A stretch of 64,000 bases of DNA from Octopus vulgaris (Eukaryota): NCBI GenBank assembly GCA_951406725.2, contig OX597824.1, positions 94,922,001-94,986,000 on the forward strand, in the 5' to 3' direction. Positions 27,801 through 39,042 of the stretch are shown in pieces; positions within the stretch are counted from its first letter, which is position 1; each line of letters opens with the position of its first letter. Below the pieces are notes generated by a model that saw nothing but the letters and a program-made list of their open reading frames with translations, was not told the DNA's origin and did not search any database. The translations under genes were made by a program, and so were the position numbers.

Positions 27801-27990
27801 CATAAAACAGATTAACTATTTTGGCCGGATATGGCCGGTTTAAATACTAAAGGGTTAAATCTTTTGAATTAATTAACATCATTATCTGTTACCATCTTGT
27901 TAATTTTCTTTCTGTTTTCCTCTTTTTTTTCTTTTTTTTCTTTTTTTTTAGCTCTTTGAAGATTTGAAGACTTTGCTTGAAAAGACATGA
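12444..27990 (+). CDS. QSER1: QSER1/PRR12-like protein with C-terminal DUF4211 domain, 3' portion (9 coding exons; 5' exons not identified in window)
   Basis: Exons 12444-12584, 14247-14377, 15655-15770, 17260-17357, 20515-20580, 22030-22149, 24602-24697, 26768-26854 and 27952-27990 have canonical AG/GT ends and join into one open frame of 894 nt. The product includes FNIYMRIFLSQALE...DQFFLKALQTID...LYGQPYD...AQEF...YHSLYHFKYHIYERC...NQCLQNRAWILKLFEDLKTLLEKT*, which matches from memory the QSER1/PRR12 C-terminus (YHSLHHYKYH, WVEDLFE). It is probably co-orthologous to both genes, so the symbol is approximate. Confidence 0.88.
12675..13089 (+). mobile_element. 3' UTR fragment of the same RTE-clade element
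   Basis: Colinear with the reverse complement of 54568-55040. Shorter copies at about 9765-9920, 10322-10577, 18460-18643, 27150-27470(-) and 62455-62725. Confidence 0.78.
13160..13480 (-). mobile_element. Decayed LINE reverse transcriptase fragment (RTE-like)
   Basis: Minus-strand remnants QDWKN / IFK / GDRNQCKTY / AGMIL / LLN with frameshifts. Confidence 0.45.
14247..14377 (+). CDS. Coding exon B (YSSWMPTLRQQFKPIRAKLISQGFNKEIVEVEEPFRPKPPNDG)
   Basis: Acceptor tttcag|TAC, donor GGCAG|gtagga, 131 nt, phase 0/2. Confidence 0.88.
15655..15770 (+). CDS. Coding exon C (SLERQYEDDPLVESFNIYMRIFLSQALESNFLSIIIATN)
   Basis: Acceptor ttttcag|T, donor AATG|gtaaga, 116 nt, phase 2/1; start of the DUF4211-like region. 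Confidence 0.9.
17260..17357 (+). CDS. Coding exon D (DQFFLKALQTIDSLIDMKVNEIDSKVQWNDKFK)
   Basis: Acceptor ttttcag|AC, donor AAA|gtgggt, 98 nt, phase 1/0. Confidence 0.9.
17431..17650. mobile_element. TTAA-flanked MITE (piggyBac-like ends), family 1
   Basis: ttaa|ccctttagtgttta ... taaacactaaaggg|ttaa. Further copies at 27635-27854 and decayed ones at about 2580-2760, 29688-29875 and 35477-35650. Confidence 0.8.
18810..19195 (-). mobile_element. tRNA-derived SINE (family D-type head)
   Basis: Minus strand tggcccagtggttagg (A box) and ggtttcgattcc (B box); related copy at about 14475-14765 (+). Confidence 0.7.
19460..19945 (-). mobile_element. Decayed Tc1/mariner-superfamily transposase, maT (DD37D)-like catalytic region
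   Basis: Minus translation SDEKIFDQD...KWLCADP...KFPAPVMVLGVV...PPH...YTEVLETV.KP...QQDSASSHKA...WPPNLPDL, with stops and frameshifts. Confidence 0.72.
19975..20390 (+). mobile_element. Two tandem family A SINEs
   Basis: Same head and core motifs, separated by (ATT)n. Confidence 0.8.
20515..20580 (+). CDS. Coding exon E (DCLKLKPVMRELDRPNLKQSCQ)
   Basis: Acceptor ctcaag|GAC, donor CAG|gtaata, 66 nt, phase 0/0. Confidence 0.87.
20649..20860. mobile_element. Mariner deletion derivative (MITE-like)
   Basis: Imperfect TIRs gtgctggaaaattcctggcttt / aaagccatgaacttttcagcat; the interior resembles a mariner transposase 3' end. Confidence 0.55.
20934..21301. mobile_element. MITE with TIRs of about 70 bp
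   Basis: ggatctttaccttttgaccggaagatttagaaaataa...aaacattttcaaacttcg versus cgaagtttgaaagtgttt...ttattttctaaatctgccggtcaaaaggtaaagattc. Confidence 0.85.
22030..22149 (+). CDS. Coding exon F (ACENASQPAIKSIHLYGQPYDLSNLGENSVDPEENANVAQ)
   Basis: Acceptor tgtttag|GCA, donor CAG|gtacac, 120 nt, phase 0/0. Confidence 0.9.
22270..22690 (-). mobile_element. Decayed mariner transposase N-terminal (HTH) fragment
   Basis: YGEG...ERTAQKYF / SGRPVQVDENQL...DP..TREL...SHDTV...KLGTRVPHTL, the last matching the WVPHEL motif. Confidence 0.7.
23690..24070 (+). mobile_element. tRNA-derived CORE-like SINE (family B)
   Basis: tggctgtgtggtaag (A box), ggttcagtccc (B box), catcttgggcaagtg (CORE-like), internal (TA/TG)n, tail aaatgactgaaac...aaaagag. 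Confidence 0.8.
24602..24697 (+). CDS. Coding exon G (EFMIGKTAAMYVGSYHSLYHFKYHIYERCLAK)
   Basis: Acceptor ttttcag|GAA, donor AAG|gtatga, 96 nt; contains the YHSLxHxKY signature. Confidence 0.92.
25193..25580. mobile_element. RTE-like LINE fragment with an inverted internal RT segment
   Basis: Minus 25436-25193: RRVQFVGH*CR...LLLW...MMDREVW...EQ* plus a (TGA)n tail. Plus 25437-25580: PRSSRHPAEY...DTDFADDIALISDSLSNAQSLL, containing the RT catalytic FADD. Confidence 0.78.
26057..26605 (+). mobile_element. Family B SINE plus a second head fragment
   Basis: Same motifs as 23690-24070. Confidence 0.8.
26768..26854 (+). CDS. Coding exon H (INIIKESGNYLDNSEVINQCLQNRAWILK)
   Basis: Acceptor taacag|ATA, donor AAG|gtattt, 87 nt, phase 0/0. 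Confidence 0.9.
27635..27854. mobile_element. TTAA-flanked MITE, family 1 (opposite orientation)
   Basis: ttaa|ccttttagtg ... tactaaaggg|ttaa. Confidence 0.78.
27952..27990 (+). CDS. Terminal coding exon (LFEDLKTLLEKT*)
   Basis: Long polypyrimidine tract then tag|CTC; TGA at 27988-27990; matches the expected LFE..LL C-terminus. Confidence 0.87.
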   Translation, partial: LFEDLKTLLEKT

Positions 27991-28414
27991 AATTTTCTTC
28001 TTTCATTAGATAAATATACTTGCCAAGTGTAAAGTTGGTATATGCCACTGCCAATGTAGACCAGAGTTGTGCTAAGAAAAACAGAGGAAAAAAGCAGCAA
28101 CTGAATTTTTTTTTTTTGAATTTTTTTTTTTCTTTGGGATAATCTTCCTAACAACAACAACAACAGCTACTATAACTACTTTCAAAGGATTTGCTGCAGG
28201 TGCTGCTGCTTTTAGTTACCCTTCTAATGGACCACAATTTTTTTCTCCTCACCTTATTGAAGAAAACAACACAACTGTGATGTTATATATGTCAACACTC
28301 AAAATAACAAGACAAAAATGTGATTTTTAAAAAAAATATCTTTTACTATCACTTTCTCATAAACTATTTTTTAAGCTTGTATACCTATAAAAGCAGTCCT
28401 CAATACATTTTGTT

Positions 28415-28420
28415 AATAAA
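28415..28420 (+). terminator. Candidate proximal polyadenylation signal
   Basis: AATAAA about 425 nt after the stop codon with T-rich sequence downstream. The hexamer is common in AT-rich DNA and the UTR may be far longer. Confidence 0.25.
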
Positions 28421-28954
28421 CAATCTTTTATTTTCTGCCAGTTCTAGAACATTCTATCTTGTTTACACTTCATTCTTCACACCTACTTAAAGATCCTGCA
28501 CAAAGGTTCTGTTTCTTTCTTTAATTCATGCCATATCTTTTCTGAATCTCCTCAGAATCGACGTGTATCTACAAATTAACACAAATCACCAGAATATTAA
28601 GACATGTCTAAATCAGTTTCCACACTAATTAGATATTAATTTTATAGTTGAATTTTTTTAAAAATATTTTATTCAATTTTTTTTTTTTTTTCAATTTTCA
28701 CTACTTTAAAACTTTTATCTCATAAAAAATTCCAAACACGTTTAACTGTTACCGCGTTAACCATATATTGATTCGTTTACTTGATCAAGATTCAAGATCA
28801 ATAAAGAGTCTAATTAAGGTGTCACCAGGTAGTATTTCTAATCAAAGTACAAATCATTAAAGTAGATCCAATATTATATCTTATTTCTTAGGTTATCGTG
28901 TCTACTAAATCAAACATAACAATGATTGAAACACTAAATCATAATTCTAATTAA

Positions 28955-29160
28955 TTAGAATCGTTAGCATGCCGGACAAAGTGCTTAGCAGTATTTCGTC
29001 TGTCACTACATTCTGAGTTCAAATTCCACTGAGGTCAACTCTGCCTTTAGTATTTTGAAGTCTATAAATTAAGTACCAGTGAAATACTGGGGTTGATGTA
29101 ATCAACTAGTCCCTTCCTCCCCATAAATTTCAGGCCTTGTGTCTTTAGTAGAAAGGATTA
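28955..29160 (+). mobile_element. Family A SINE, 5'-truncated
   Basis: Core and tail motifs present. Confidence 0.75.
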
Positions 29161-30369
29161 TTTTTATGATATTTGTTGTCCTTTTTCTTTTAAGCTAGCA
29201 TGGGGGTGAATGATCCTTAGATATTTAGACATGTTTATCTTGTTTTATCATTGTTTGATACCAATATTATGTATTACCAATTCAGTCTTTTACTTTCTCT
29301 TACTTATAGTAAGACAGTGGCATTTTATGTTGGAGACACTTATTAGTCAATAATTTACATTCTTCTTCAGTATAAATATGTCTGAATATGAAAGATTAGT
29401 CAAATAGGATCAGATTGATCAATTTTGCTATATTTAATCATGATAATTAATATATTCAGTGATGTTATCTCATCTGTTGTTTTTGTTTAGTGAAATTTTC
29501 TCAGTATTTAATTATGCCAAAATAAATAAAAAAAGATTTTTTTTAATAAAAATTTTAAACATATATTTATTATCTTCTAATTTACTTTTGATTTGAGCCG
29601 TGTCTTCTCTTTAAATTCAAACCACAGTAAGCTCCTAGTTCCAATAAACTTCAGTTGCATTTGTGTGTTTCGTATGACCACTCTAGTCCTTTAGTATTCT
29701 GATTACTCTGTCAAATGTATTGCTTTTTTCTTCACATTGTTCTCAATTAATCCTGCATTATCTCGTAGCTTTGAGATTTCAATGTTGTGACTGTTTATTT
29801 TTAGAATGACATTGTAGGACAGGTATGAAAGCAAATAGAATATTTGGGTCAGATACGGCTGATTTATATGCTAAATCATCAATACAATAATACCTTAACA
29901 AAGAAAAAAATATTAGGGGTACTCATGATGATATTCAATCATTATAACCCCCTATTTTGATTAAATTTTAGAATGTTCCTATAAGAGAGAAATTCTTATG
30001 TATTTATTGAACATATAAATGAGTTCTGACTAAGATTGATATAAATGCTGAGGTGGATATAAATAATTTAGGAAATCTTAGTAAGGGTCTTCATATCACC
30101 TGCCTGCATTTGGACTACTATTTTATGTTAAATCACATACTTAGCGGAATCATTCACAATTATCATGTATGGTGGAAATTACCTTTGTAGATGTAAGTCT
30201 TTCCAACATTATCTTTGTGAAGTTGTTTTTAGTATTTTCTTACATTTATTTTATTGTCTTATAACTTTGTCGAATATCAAAAGAAAGAAAAGGAACCAAG
30301 CTTTTGCGTAAAGCTTACAAAATTGTTGGGTGTTTATTATTATCATTATTATTATTATTATTATTACTT

Positions 30370-30815
30370 TAGGGTGGCAAGTTGGCCGAATTGTTAGCAT
30401 GCCAGGCAAAATGCTTAGCAGCATTTCACCCATCTTTATGTTCTGAGTTCAAATTCCTCCGAGGTCAACTTTGCCTTTCATCCTTTCGAGATTGATAAAA
30501 TAAGTACCAGTTGAATGCTGAGGCTGATGTCATTGACTAACCCTCTTCCCCAAATTTTGGCTTTGGGACATTAGTAGAAAGGATTATTATTATTATTACT
30601 AAGGCGGTGAGCTGGCAGAATCATTAGCATGCCGGGTGAAATGCTTAGCAGTATTTCATCTGTTTTCATGTTCTGAGTTCAAATGCCACCTGGGTCGACT
30701 TTGCTTTTCATCCTTTCAAGGTCAATAAATTAAGTACCAGTTGAATACTGGGGTCGATCTAATCGACTGGGCCCCTCCCCAAAAATTTCAGGCTTTGTGC
30801 CTAGAGTAGAAAATA
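30370..30815 (+). mobile_element. Two tandem family A SINEs in (ATT)n
   Basis: Head, core and tail motifs appear twice. Confidence 0.8.
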
Positions 30816-33800
30816 TTATCATTATTATTTCAAAATTACAGTTTTGTAAAAAAAAAATATTTTTATTCTGGTGTAAATCATTCAAGCATTTAGTTAACCA
30901 CTTAAGCTTATTTGCTCTTTCTTTTATATTCTTAGGCATTTATAAATAATTTCAACTTTTTAGAATGAAGATTGTTCTATGACAAATGTGAGGCACTGCT
31001 ATCAGAAACATTGGTGTTATCGTTACTGATCTAAAATATCTTCACTAACTTTAATTCCATTGTCCACTTGTATCATTTCTTTTCCCTTTCTTTTCATTTT
31101 TGCTAAATAAACATGTTGATGAAAGTGAAAAAAAAAAAATATCAAAGATTAAAAGATATTCTGTTAAAATAAACCCCAAAAAAAAAATAATGATAATAAT
31201 AAATTTTCTTCATAATGAAACTTTTGACTCCATTGCAGATCCATTTTGTGTCATAGTTTCTAAACTTGCTGCTGGAGCTTTATTACATTGTACATACACA
31301 TTGAATTTTTTGCAAGGCAGGTTTGGCCTCTTTGCACGTTTTGTCATTCATACCCAACACTGTTCTAATGTGAGAATAACATCAACTAGTTTCAGTCATT
31401 GAAGCTGTGAACATTATCATACAATTCGTTTGGATAATAATAAAAGAAGAAAAAGAAACCAAAAAAAAAAAGAATGCAAACAAACAAACAAACAACTGGT
31501 CTGAAAAAATAATTTGTATATTTAAGCATCTCTAATATTTCTTTGATTCGGCTTTACATAAAGTGTTGATTTTGACTACTTGAAGGTTTTGTGATACCTA
31601 CTAGCGGAAAGAAGATAAAAAAATATATCTCTTAGTAACAATCATCATCATCATCATTATCATCATCATTGCCGCCATCATCATCATCATCATCGTCACC
31701 ATTTCTAGCTTCTTTTTCTCTTTCACCATCTCCCCCCCCCTCTCCCTCCATGTTGGATTTTTGGCTCTAGAAACTTCTGTGTCGTTTTGTTGTTTCTTAA
31801 TTTCTATCATGTCCATAAGAAGCAAACAAACCAAAAAAAAAAGACAACAAAACAATTAAAAAAAAAAAAACATATATAAGTTATATTTTGTATTTTCAGT
31901 GATTGGTATCAGCTGATTTCAGACTTTAAAAAAACAAAAAAACGAAAAAGAAAAAAAAAAAAAAAAAGACCAAAAAATGTAGAAAAAAAAAAGAAGAAAA
32001 AATATTATTAATATTGTTGACTTATTGGTACAGTTGGCTGAGTTCTGTTTGTAAAGGAATTTTACTTAATCTTGCTAGATCTGATAGATCATTCCAAGAA
32101 AATCTGTCTGCCTGTCGTTAATTAATAAGGGGGTAAAAAAAAAAAAAATCGTTTGTCAAACTTTTCACATAGATTTTTTTTTTCTTTCCTTTTCAAATTT
32201 CATCCTGCCCCATCTGGTTTCGTGCTTCTTTTTGTTTTTATTATCATTATTATTATCATTATTATAATTACTATAATGCCATCATTATTGTTACGATTCT
32301 CATTGATCGTTTTAATCATCTGTCATTGTTGCCATCCTCGTTATCATCATTTCTTTTTCTTCTTCTTATCATTATTATTATTATTATTATTACTACATGA
32401 TGAAAAGAGCATAATGCAATATGTAATGAAATTGACTTTCGTTTATTGAGCTGAACAATATTCCAACGGTATGTCTCTCTTCCTCAGATTCAAAATGAAA
32501 AAAACACACCGAAAATACAGAAATTGAAAATTCCAACTGGAATATCTCGTGTTCCTTTGTAGACAAAAACAAATCAAGTTTCACTCATTCATAATCGGTA
32601 ACAAGGAAAAAGAAAATAAATAGAAAAAGGATAAAGAAGGAGTCTATTTCTATTTATCTTTCATTTTCCATTTTTCATTTCAAACCCAAAGGAGTCAAAC
32701 ATTGTCAAAATATTGACCCCGTCAATAAAGTCAATCTGCATTTTATTACATATTGCATCATGCTCATATTGTTGTGTATTTACCTTCCTGAAGAGCTACG
32801 TCAATCATCATCACTATCATTATTATTATTATCATTACTACTACTATTATTACTATTATTATTATTATTATTCAGATGCTGATGTCTAAGTTGGGTATTG
32901 CCAAATATGGAAAGGTGGGTTTCCCTCTTGTTACTGACTGTATAATCAACTTATCAAGGACTTCTGAAAATATTTTTTTTTCTTTGTTTTTGTTTTATAA
33001 TACAAGAAAAGGCGCAATAATATAGTTACTGCTACCGTCCATTTAGGTACTGTTTAGTGTATAATGCTAAGTATAACCCCTATATACATATACATACATA
33101 TATATACATATGTATGGTGAGAGAAAGAGCAGAAGTTAACCTGTTGGACTAGAGCTGAGAATAAGAGATAATTCTGACATATAACTTTCCACATATGTTC
33201 CCGTGGACATTCTTAATTTTAATGTTCAATTTTGCAATTGTTCGAGTAACTGGAGTTTGACAATGACCAGATCAGACCAGTTACCTTTGAACGAGTTCTT
33301 TATTGTGGTCAGTTTGTACTGCAGGCATATCTTGTGCCCTTTTTCTTCAATCTCTTAATTACTTTCTTGTGTTGGTCATTGTAATTGCATTTTAATCTAG
33401 TAATTAAGCTATATATTGTTGTGCCAAAAAAAAAAAAGAAAAAAGAACAAGAAAAATGAAAAGAAATATTGTTTTCCATTATCCTATAATTTCTTTTTTT
33501 TCTTTTTCTTTTTAAATTATTTAAACCTAAGTGTGAATAATGTGTTGCCCTGTCTATCACTGTGCATTCATTTCTCTATCTCTTTTTCTTTTTCTATCTC
33601 TCTGTTTCTCTCTCTCTCTCACACACACACACACACCACAGCATACCAGATCACACTACACTGGTACAAACATTTCTTAATTGGTGCTTGTTTAAAGACA
33701 CTGCCAAAAAAAAAAAAAAAGAAAATGAAAGAAAAAGTTTTGCTTAAATTTGTGTGAAACTTTATTTCGAGAAATTCACTCCACACAAAAACAACACCCA

Positions 33801-35911
33801 GTAAATATTTAATCATTTGGTATCTCATTCAAGTTTTCCTTCGTTAATAATTACAAAAACAAATTTTAGTTCACACCAGTCGTGATTTAATCTGTTGTTT
33901 TCATATAAGAAATTACAGCTTCATAATCTTTACTACCTTCCAGAATAGTCAAAAAAGAACAAACCATTGTTATTAGTATATTTAAGTACTTATCTGTCCT
34001 CTTTCAATGATTAGTGCAGTTGTTTTTTTTGCTTTAATTTTACTTTTATTTTTTCTTTCAAAGACATTTCTCTATCCTATTTTATTTGATTATTTGCTAT
34101 GAAAAATTGCTATTCTGAAAAAAATATATATCTATATTTATCCATCGACAAATGGAGTGTTTATTCACATGTATAGACTAATGCTGTACGACTGGTTATA
34201 CACCATCGGATGTGCTGTTTCCTCAACATTAATTACACAGATTTGCAAATAAAAGAAGCCAACAAACTGTATTTGCCACTATCTCCGCAGCATCTGCATC
34301 ACCAAACTTTCAAATAACACCTACCAGCATCCGAGGCTTCGACTATTGAGTATTTGTCGTTCAGAATTCGTTTCCTTATACGAAGAAGAAACAGCACCAG
34401 CTTCCCAGTTCTGCTTCGAAGTATTCCTGGATCTTTTTATGTTCTGCATTATTAGTAAAACCCTTACAACTTAAATATGCAGCCCTTTTCTCTTGTTACA
34501 CAGTTTCTTTTCTAATATAGCTGTCATGGATACGGTTGGAATCTTATAAAGGAATTAACCCAGTCTGCTATTTAGGTTCCCATTCAACACTTACGGCTTG
34601 TATGAGTTGCTCTTTATTTTTAATTGTAATGATAAAAATATTTGTTTTATTCTGTTTTATTTTAACGATGCTCATTTCCTTTATTAATCCTCCTAATAAG
34701 CACACACAAGCTGTATACGGTATGTTGGTTGTGTTTTGAGTTTTATAAAAGGTCGCCGAGAAATGAAAGTAGAAAGCTAGGTGTTCTGATAGATCTGAAT
34801 AATCAGGATGTTACTGGTTTGAAGATCAGGAAGAAGAAACTGATGATGATGACAATAATAAATTTATAGGGGGGGAAATATAGAAACGTACACACACACA
34901 CATCTCTGAGCAGTTCCCAGGTTTGTTGTGTCACTTGATATGAAGTTATAGAACATCTTGGCCAAGTGTACTGGAATAGTTTCCCATTGATTTTACCGAG
35001 TATGGGGTAAAATTAAATAAAGAATGTGGAAATAGGGGCTGCAATGTCCATGCCCTTCTCAAAGAAATAATAATCTAGCATGAAGTGATTGCTAATTTAA
35101 GGCCTGGGCTAAGATGTGGAGTTGGTGTGCTGGAGGCCTGCTTCTCAACAGTACTTACCTGTAATTTTGACTGGCAGTTATCAATTAAGCATCTCAAGTG
35201 CAACACTGAAAGTTAACGAAGCATTCGTTTATAGAGTGCTACAGCTGCTCGCAATAGTAAGATGTTCCTCTATTTATAGTCAGGATTACAGAGTTTGTAA
35301 GAATCGTTTCTATCAGGGACACAGTGCCGGAGTTATGGTCGGTTATAAACCATCAACTCTTAACCCAACATCCCTGTCAGCCATAGTTTTAATGTGTGTG
35401 TCTGTGTGCACATATATGAGCATATGTGTGTGTATTAGTTTTATTTAAGAAAGTACTTCTAGCAAACATTCTTAAGCCTTAGCATTCAGATAATTCTGGC
35501 AACGATAATGCTTATATAATCAAATTGCTTTCAATTAATCATGCATTACCTTGTAGCTTTATAATCTTGGTGATATGATAGTTTATAGAATGACATTGTA
35601 GGGTAGATGTGAGAGGCCTAATATGGCCAGTTTAAATACTTCAGGGTTAAACTATTTTGGGGCTATAACTTCCCAATGAGATGTGGGTCTAACAATCAAT
35701 GATCGTAATTCCAACCTAATTAAGTTTGATCAGGTTAAATGCAGAAACTAGAATGAATGTTCTCTTAGTTAAAATGTTATCACATTCAGTATGTATCAGG
35801 TTGGTGTAGATGTCACAGTTAGTATTTGAAGAAGATTATATAATAACATAGCATAAAACATGAGTCAATTTTTATGTAAGAAATTATTTCTGGCCTAATA
35901 TTGCTGTAGAG

Positions 35912-36130
35912 CAGTGGTTTTCAACCAGGGTTCCGCGGAACCTTAGCGTTCCGCCAGTACAGTCCAGGGGTTCCGCAAGAAGTTACAAAAATGCTAAAAT
36001 CGATAGTAATTTTTAATTCTCCTGTGCAGATATGTGTGCATAAGGCTATTAAATTATTGCACAGGGGTTCCTCGAGCCAGTGAAATGTTTTCTTAGGGTT
36101 CCGCTCCAGCAAAAAGGTTGAAAAGCACTG
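35912..36130. mobile_element. hAT-superfamily MITE
   Basis: TIRs cagtggttttcaacc / ggttgaaaagcactg; perfect 8-bp TSD ctgtagag (35904-35911 and 36131-36138). Confidence 0.92.
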
Positions 36131-36376
36131 CTGTAGAGTAAGTCTAAAAATAATTACTTATACACCAATGGATGATTTAGTTAGTATATGTAATTGTAAT
36201 TATACTGAGGTTGAACAGACCAACATGTTCTATAAAGAGTTTAAAGGTTCCAAATTATTTCAGAGCAAAAGTACAAACGCATTTTTATATAGAATCAATC
36301 CTTATGATCAGTGGTCTTCATAATGATATCTGTGTCTGTGTGTGTGTCGTGATTCATATGTATTTATATTTTATAT

Positions 36377-36571
36377 AAGGCGGCGAGCTGGCAGAAACGT
36401 TAGCGCGCCAGGCGAAATGCTTAGCGGTATTTCATCTGTCGTTACGTTGTGAGTTCAAATTCCGCCGGGGTCGATAAATTAAGTACCAGTTTCGCACTGG
36501 GGTCGATGTAATCAACTTACTCCCTTTGTTTGTCCCCTCTATGTTTATCCCCTTGTGGGCAGTAAAGAAAT
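36377..36571 (+). mobile_element. Family A SINE with an internal deletion in the core
   Basis: tccgccggggtcgataaatt lacks the gcctttcatcc segment; flanked by a catatgtatttatat duplication. Confidence 0.8.
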
Positions 36572-37019
36572 ACATATGTATTTATATAAAAATGCTCGAT
36601 AGATGGCTATGGTAGGGTGTTTAGGATCCAATGTGCATAAACCGTATATTTATTACATGTATAATTGTAATAATAATGCACACTGCTGTGGTAAATACAG
36701 AACATTATGACGAACTCAAGTTGAACATGTTGTAACATAATTGGCTTGTGTTGTTTATAAATAGTGCAGGAAAAGAAAGGTATCTTCAGGAATTAATTGT
36801 GTTAACGAGGATAAATATTTATGTAAAATGTTAGAAGAACAATGTCTTTAGATGTCAGGTTGAGGTACCAGGAAAATTGTGTGGGAATTGTTCTTGTTTC
36901 AGCTTACTTGTAGAGTGATGCAGAGTCTGTTTTATTCTTTAAGCAGAAATGTAGAGAATGGTTTAATTCCATTTGGATTAAAGTGATATTATGTCTGTCT
37001 GTTGATATTAATTTGCAAG

Positions 37020-37232
37020 GCAATGGCGAGCTGGCAGAATTGATAGCATGCCAGGCAAAATGCTGAGCGGCATTTCGTCTGTCTTTACATTCTGAGTTCA
37101 AATTCCACTAAGGTTGACTTTGCCTTTCATCCTTTCAAGGTCGATAAAATAAGTACCAGTTGTGCACTGAGGGTCAGTGTAACTGACTTACCCCCTCCCC
37201 CAAAATTGCTGGCCTTGTGCCAAAATTTGAAA
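37020..37232 (+). mobile_element. Family A SINE
   Basis: Head, core and tail motifs present. Confidence 0.8.
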
Positions 37233-37897
37233 TCAATATTAATTTCCATTAAAATATGATGTGAACATTTAAAGCTACATTTAAATAATGTTATTTCGTG
37301 TGCGTTTGTGCTTGTCTTGATAGAAGAAATCATCATGTCTCTCTCTCTCACGTGTGTCATAAATAAACTCGTGCTTGGATTTTTGTAACTATAAATTATT
37401 TCCATCCACTGAAAGAAAGTGGGAAAATTGGAGTTGTGATGTTCATGCTTTACTCAAAGTCATTAATACCAAAATCATAATAGAAGTTGATTGGAAGCCA
37501 GCTTTTCAGATTCTGCTGACGAAGAACATACCATAATTAATTACGCATCACATGCACGGGATATATTTATGAAATATATTCATAGACATCATTCATGCAC
37601 ACTTGTTTATGAGGTTATCAAGAGAAATAAACCCATTCGATTACAAAAAAAGTTCTTGCCGAACCTTTCCAAGTCTAAAGTAGCGAGTAGCACCCACGGT
37701 TTGGTCCATAGCAAACTTGCTTGCAAATAAACTTAGCACAAATTTTCATTGCTGCATGCATATACATATATGTGTGTGTGTATGTATATATATAATATAT
37801 ATATATATTATATATATATAGATAGATATACATGCATATATATATATGTACATATATGTGTGTGTATATATATATGATCCCTATATATATATAACGT

Positions 37898-38112
37898 CAG
37901 GATGTCCAGAAAGTTTTGCCCATTTTTGGTAAAGGTCGGTAACCAGAATGAAAGGCCAAATTATTAATTAAATGTTTATTACAATATTTCTTATTAATAC
38001 AATCAAAGAACAACTAAATAGCTTTAGTTCAAGTGAAATTAAAACAATTTAAACCAGTAAGTTCAACTTAATTAATTTTTACCAAAGTGAGCCAAACTTT
38101 CTGGTCTCCCTA
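37898..38112. mobile_element. Tc1-like MITE
   Basis: Imperfect TIRs caggatgtccagaaagttttgcccatttttggtaaa / tttaccaaagtgagccaaactttctggtctcccta. Confidence 0.65.
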
Positions 38113-38820
38113 CAAATACGTATATATTTTATTATATAATTTCTGTTCCTCACCGTTTCCTTGTATTTCTTTAAGAATTAAATTCAATACAGTTTCAATA
38201 ATGGTCATTCTAAATACTGCTTGCTGCTCTAGACTTGAAAGGTTTCTTTTTGTTTTCTTTCTATTTTTTCACATTCTTTTTAACATATATATATCTATAT
38301 ATAATATATATTTTTTTAAATCTCTATAAGCACTCACAACGAATAGTGGCCGTGTAACGTATTTACTTACCACCAATAATAAGAGATATCTGGTTGTGGA
38401 TGGGGCGGTTTTTGTTCTAATAAATCATTTCTTCTGTAGTCTTTTGCTACATTTTAACACCTTAGTGTAAGCAATCCAGGTGTGACTAGACAGCATCTCA
38501 GAACACACACACACACATCTATATCTATATATTTGTGTGTGTGTCTACTGGATAATATAAACGGTAGCACAAATTGAAAAGCATCTTGTTTTTAATCTGC
38601 TTATATTGAGATTTGGTTGCCTTTGGCTCTCTTGACAGGATGTCCGGTCAGTGGCAGAACAATTCTTCAATTCATGTCGTCTGCATTTCTTGAGGCTTCA
38701 TTCTGCTCAAGGCTTTATATACCTAACTCTTGAATATTCCAATGTGTTTAGCATTAAAATATCTACCATTGTACCTTCTGTTACCTTACAGCACGAAATT
38801 CAAATCAAGTCTGAGCTTAA

Positions 38821-39042
38821 CCCTTTTGTTACCAACCCGGCTGGAACCACCTTTGGCTCTATAGTACAAATGTCTTGTTTTCATAAGTTCTGAATTAAAA
38901 TCTTCCTCCAAACCTTAGTCACAGTTTATGTTCCTAACTCTAGCTTAATGATAATTAAGTTATTTTACTAAATTCTTTGTTATATTTTAAATTAATTAAA
39001 AGAAACTCAGAACATCTTAAAATAAATATGGTAACAAAAGGG
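38821..39042. mobile_element. TTAA-flanked MITE, family 2
   Basis: ttaa|cccttttgttacca ... tggtaacaaaaggg|ttga. Confidence 0.8.

Noticed and set aside
30937-31030. Possible alternative last exon after cttag
   Set aside because: No similarity to the expected C-terminus; 27952-27990 fits much better.
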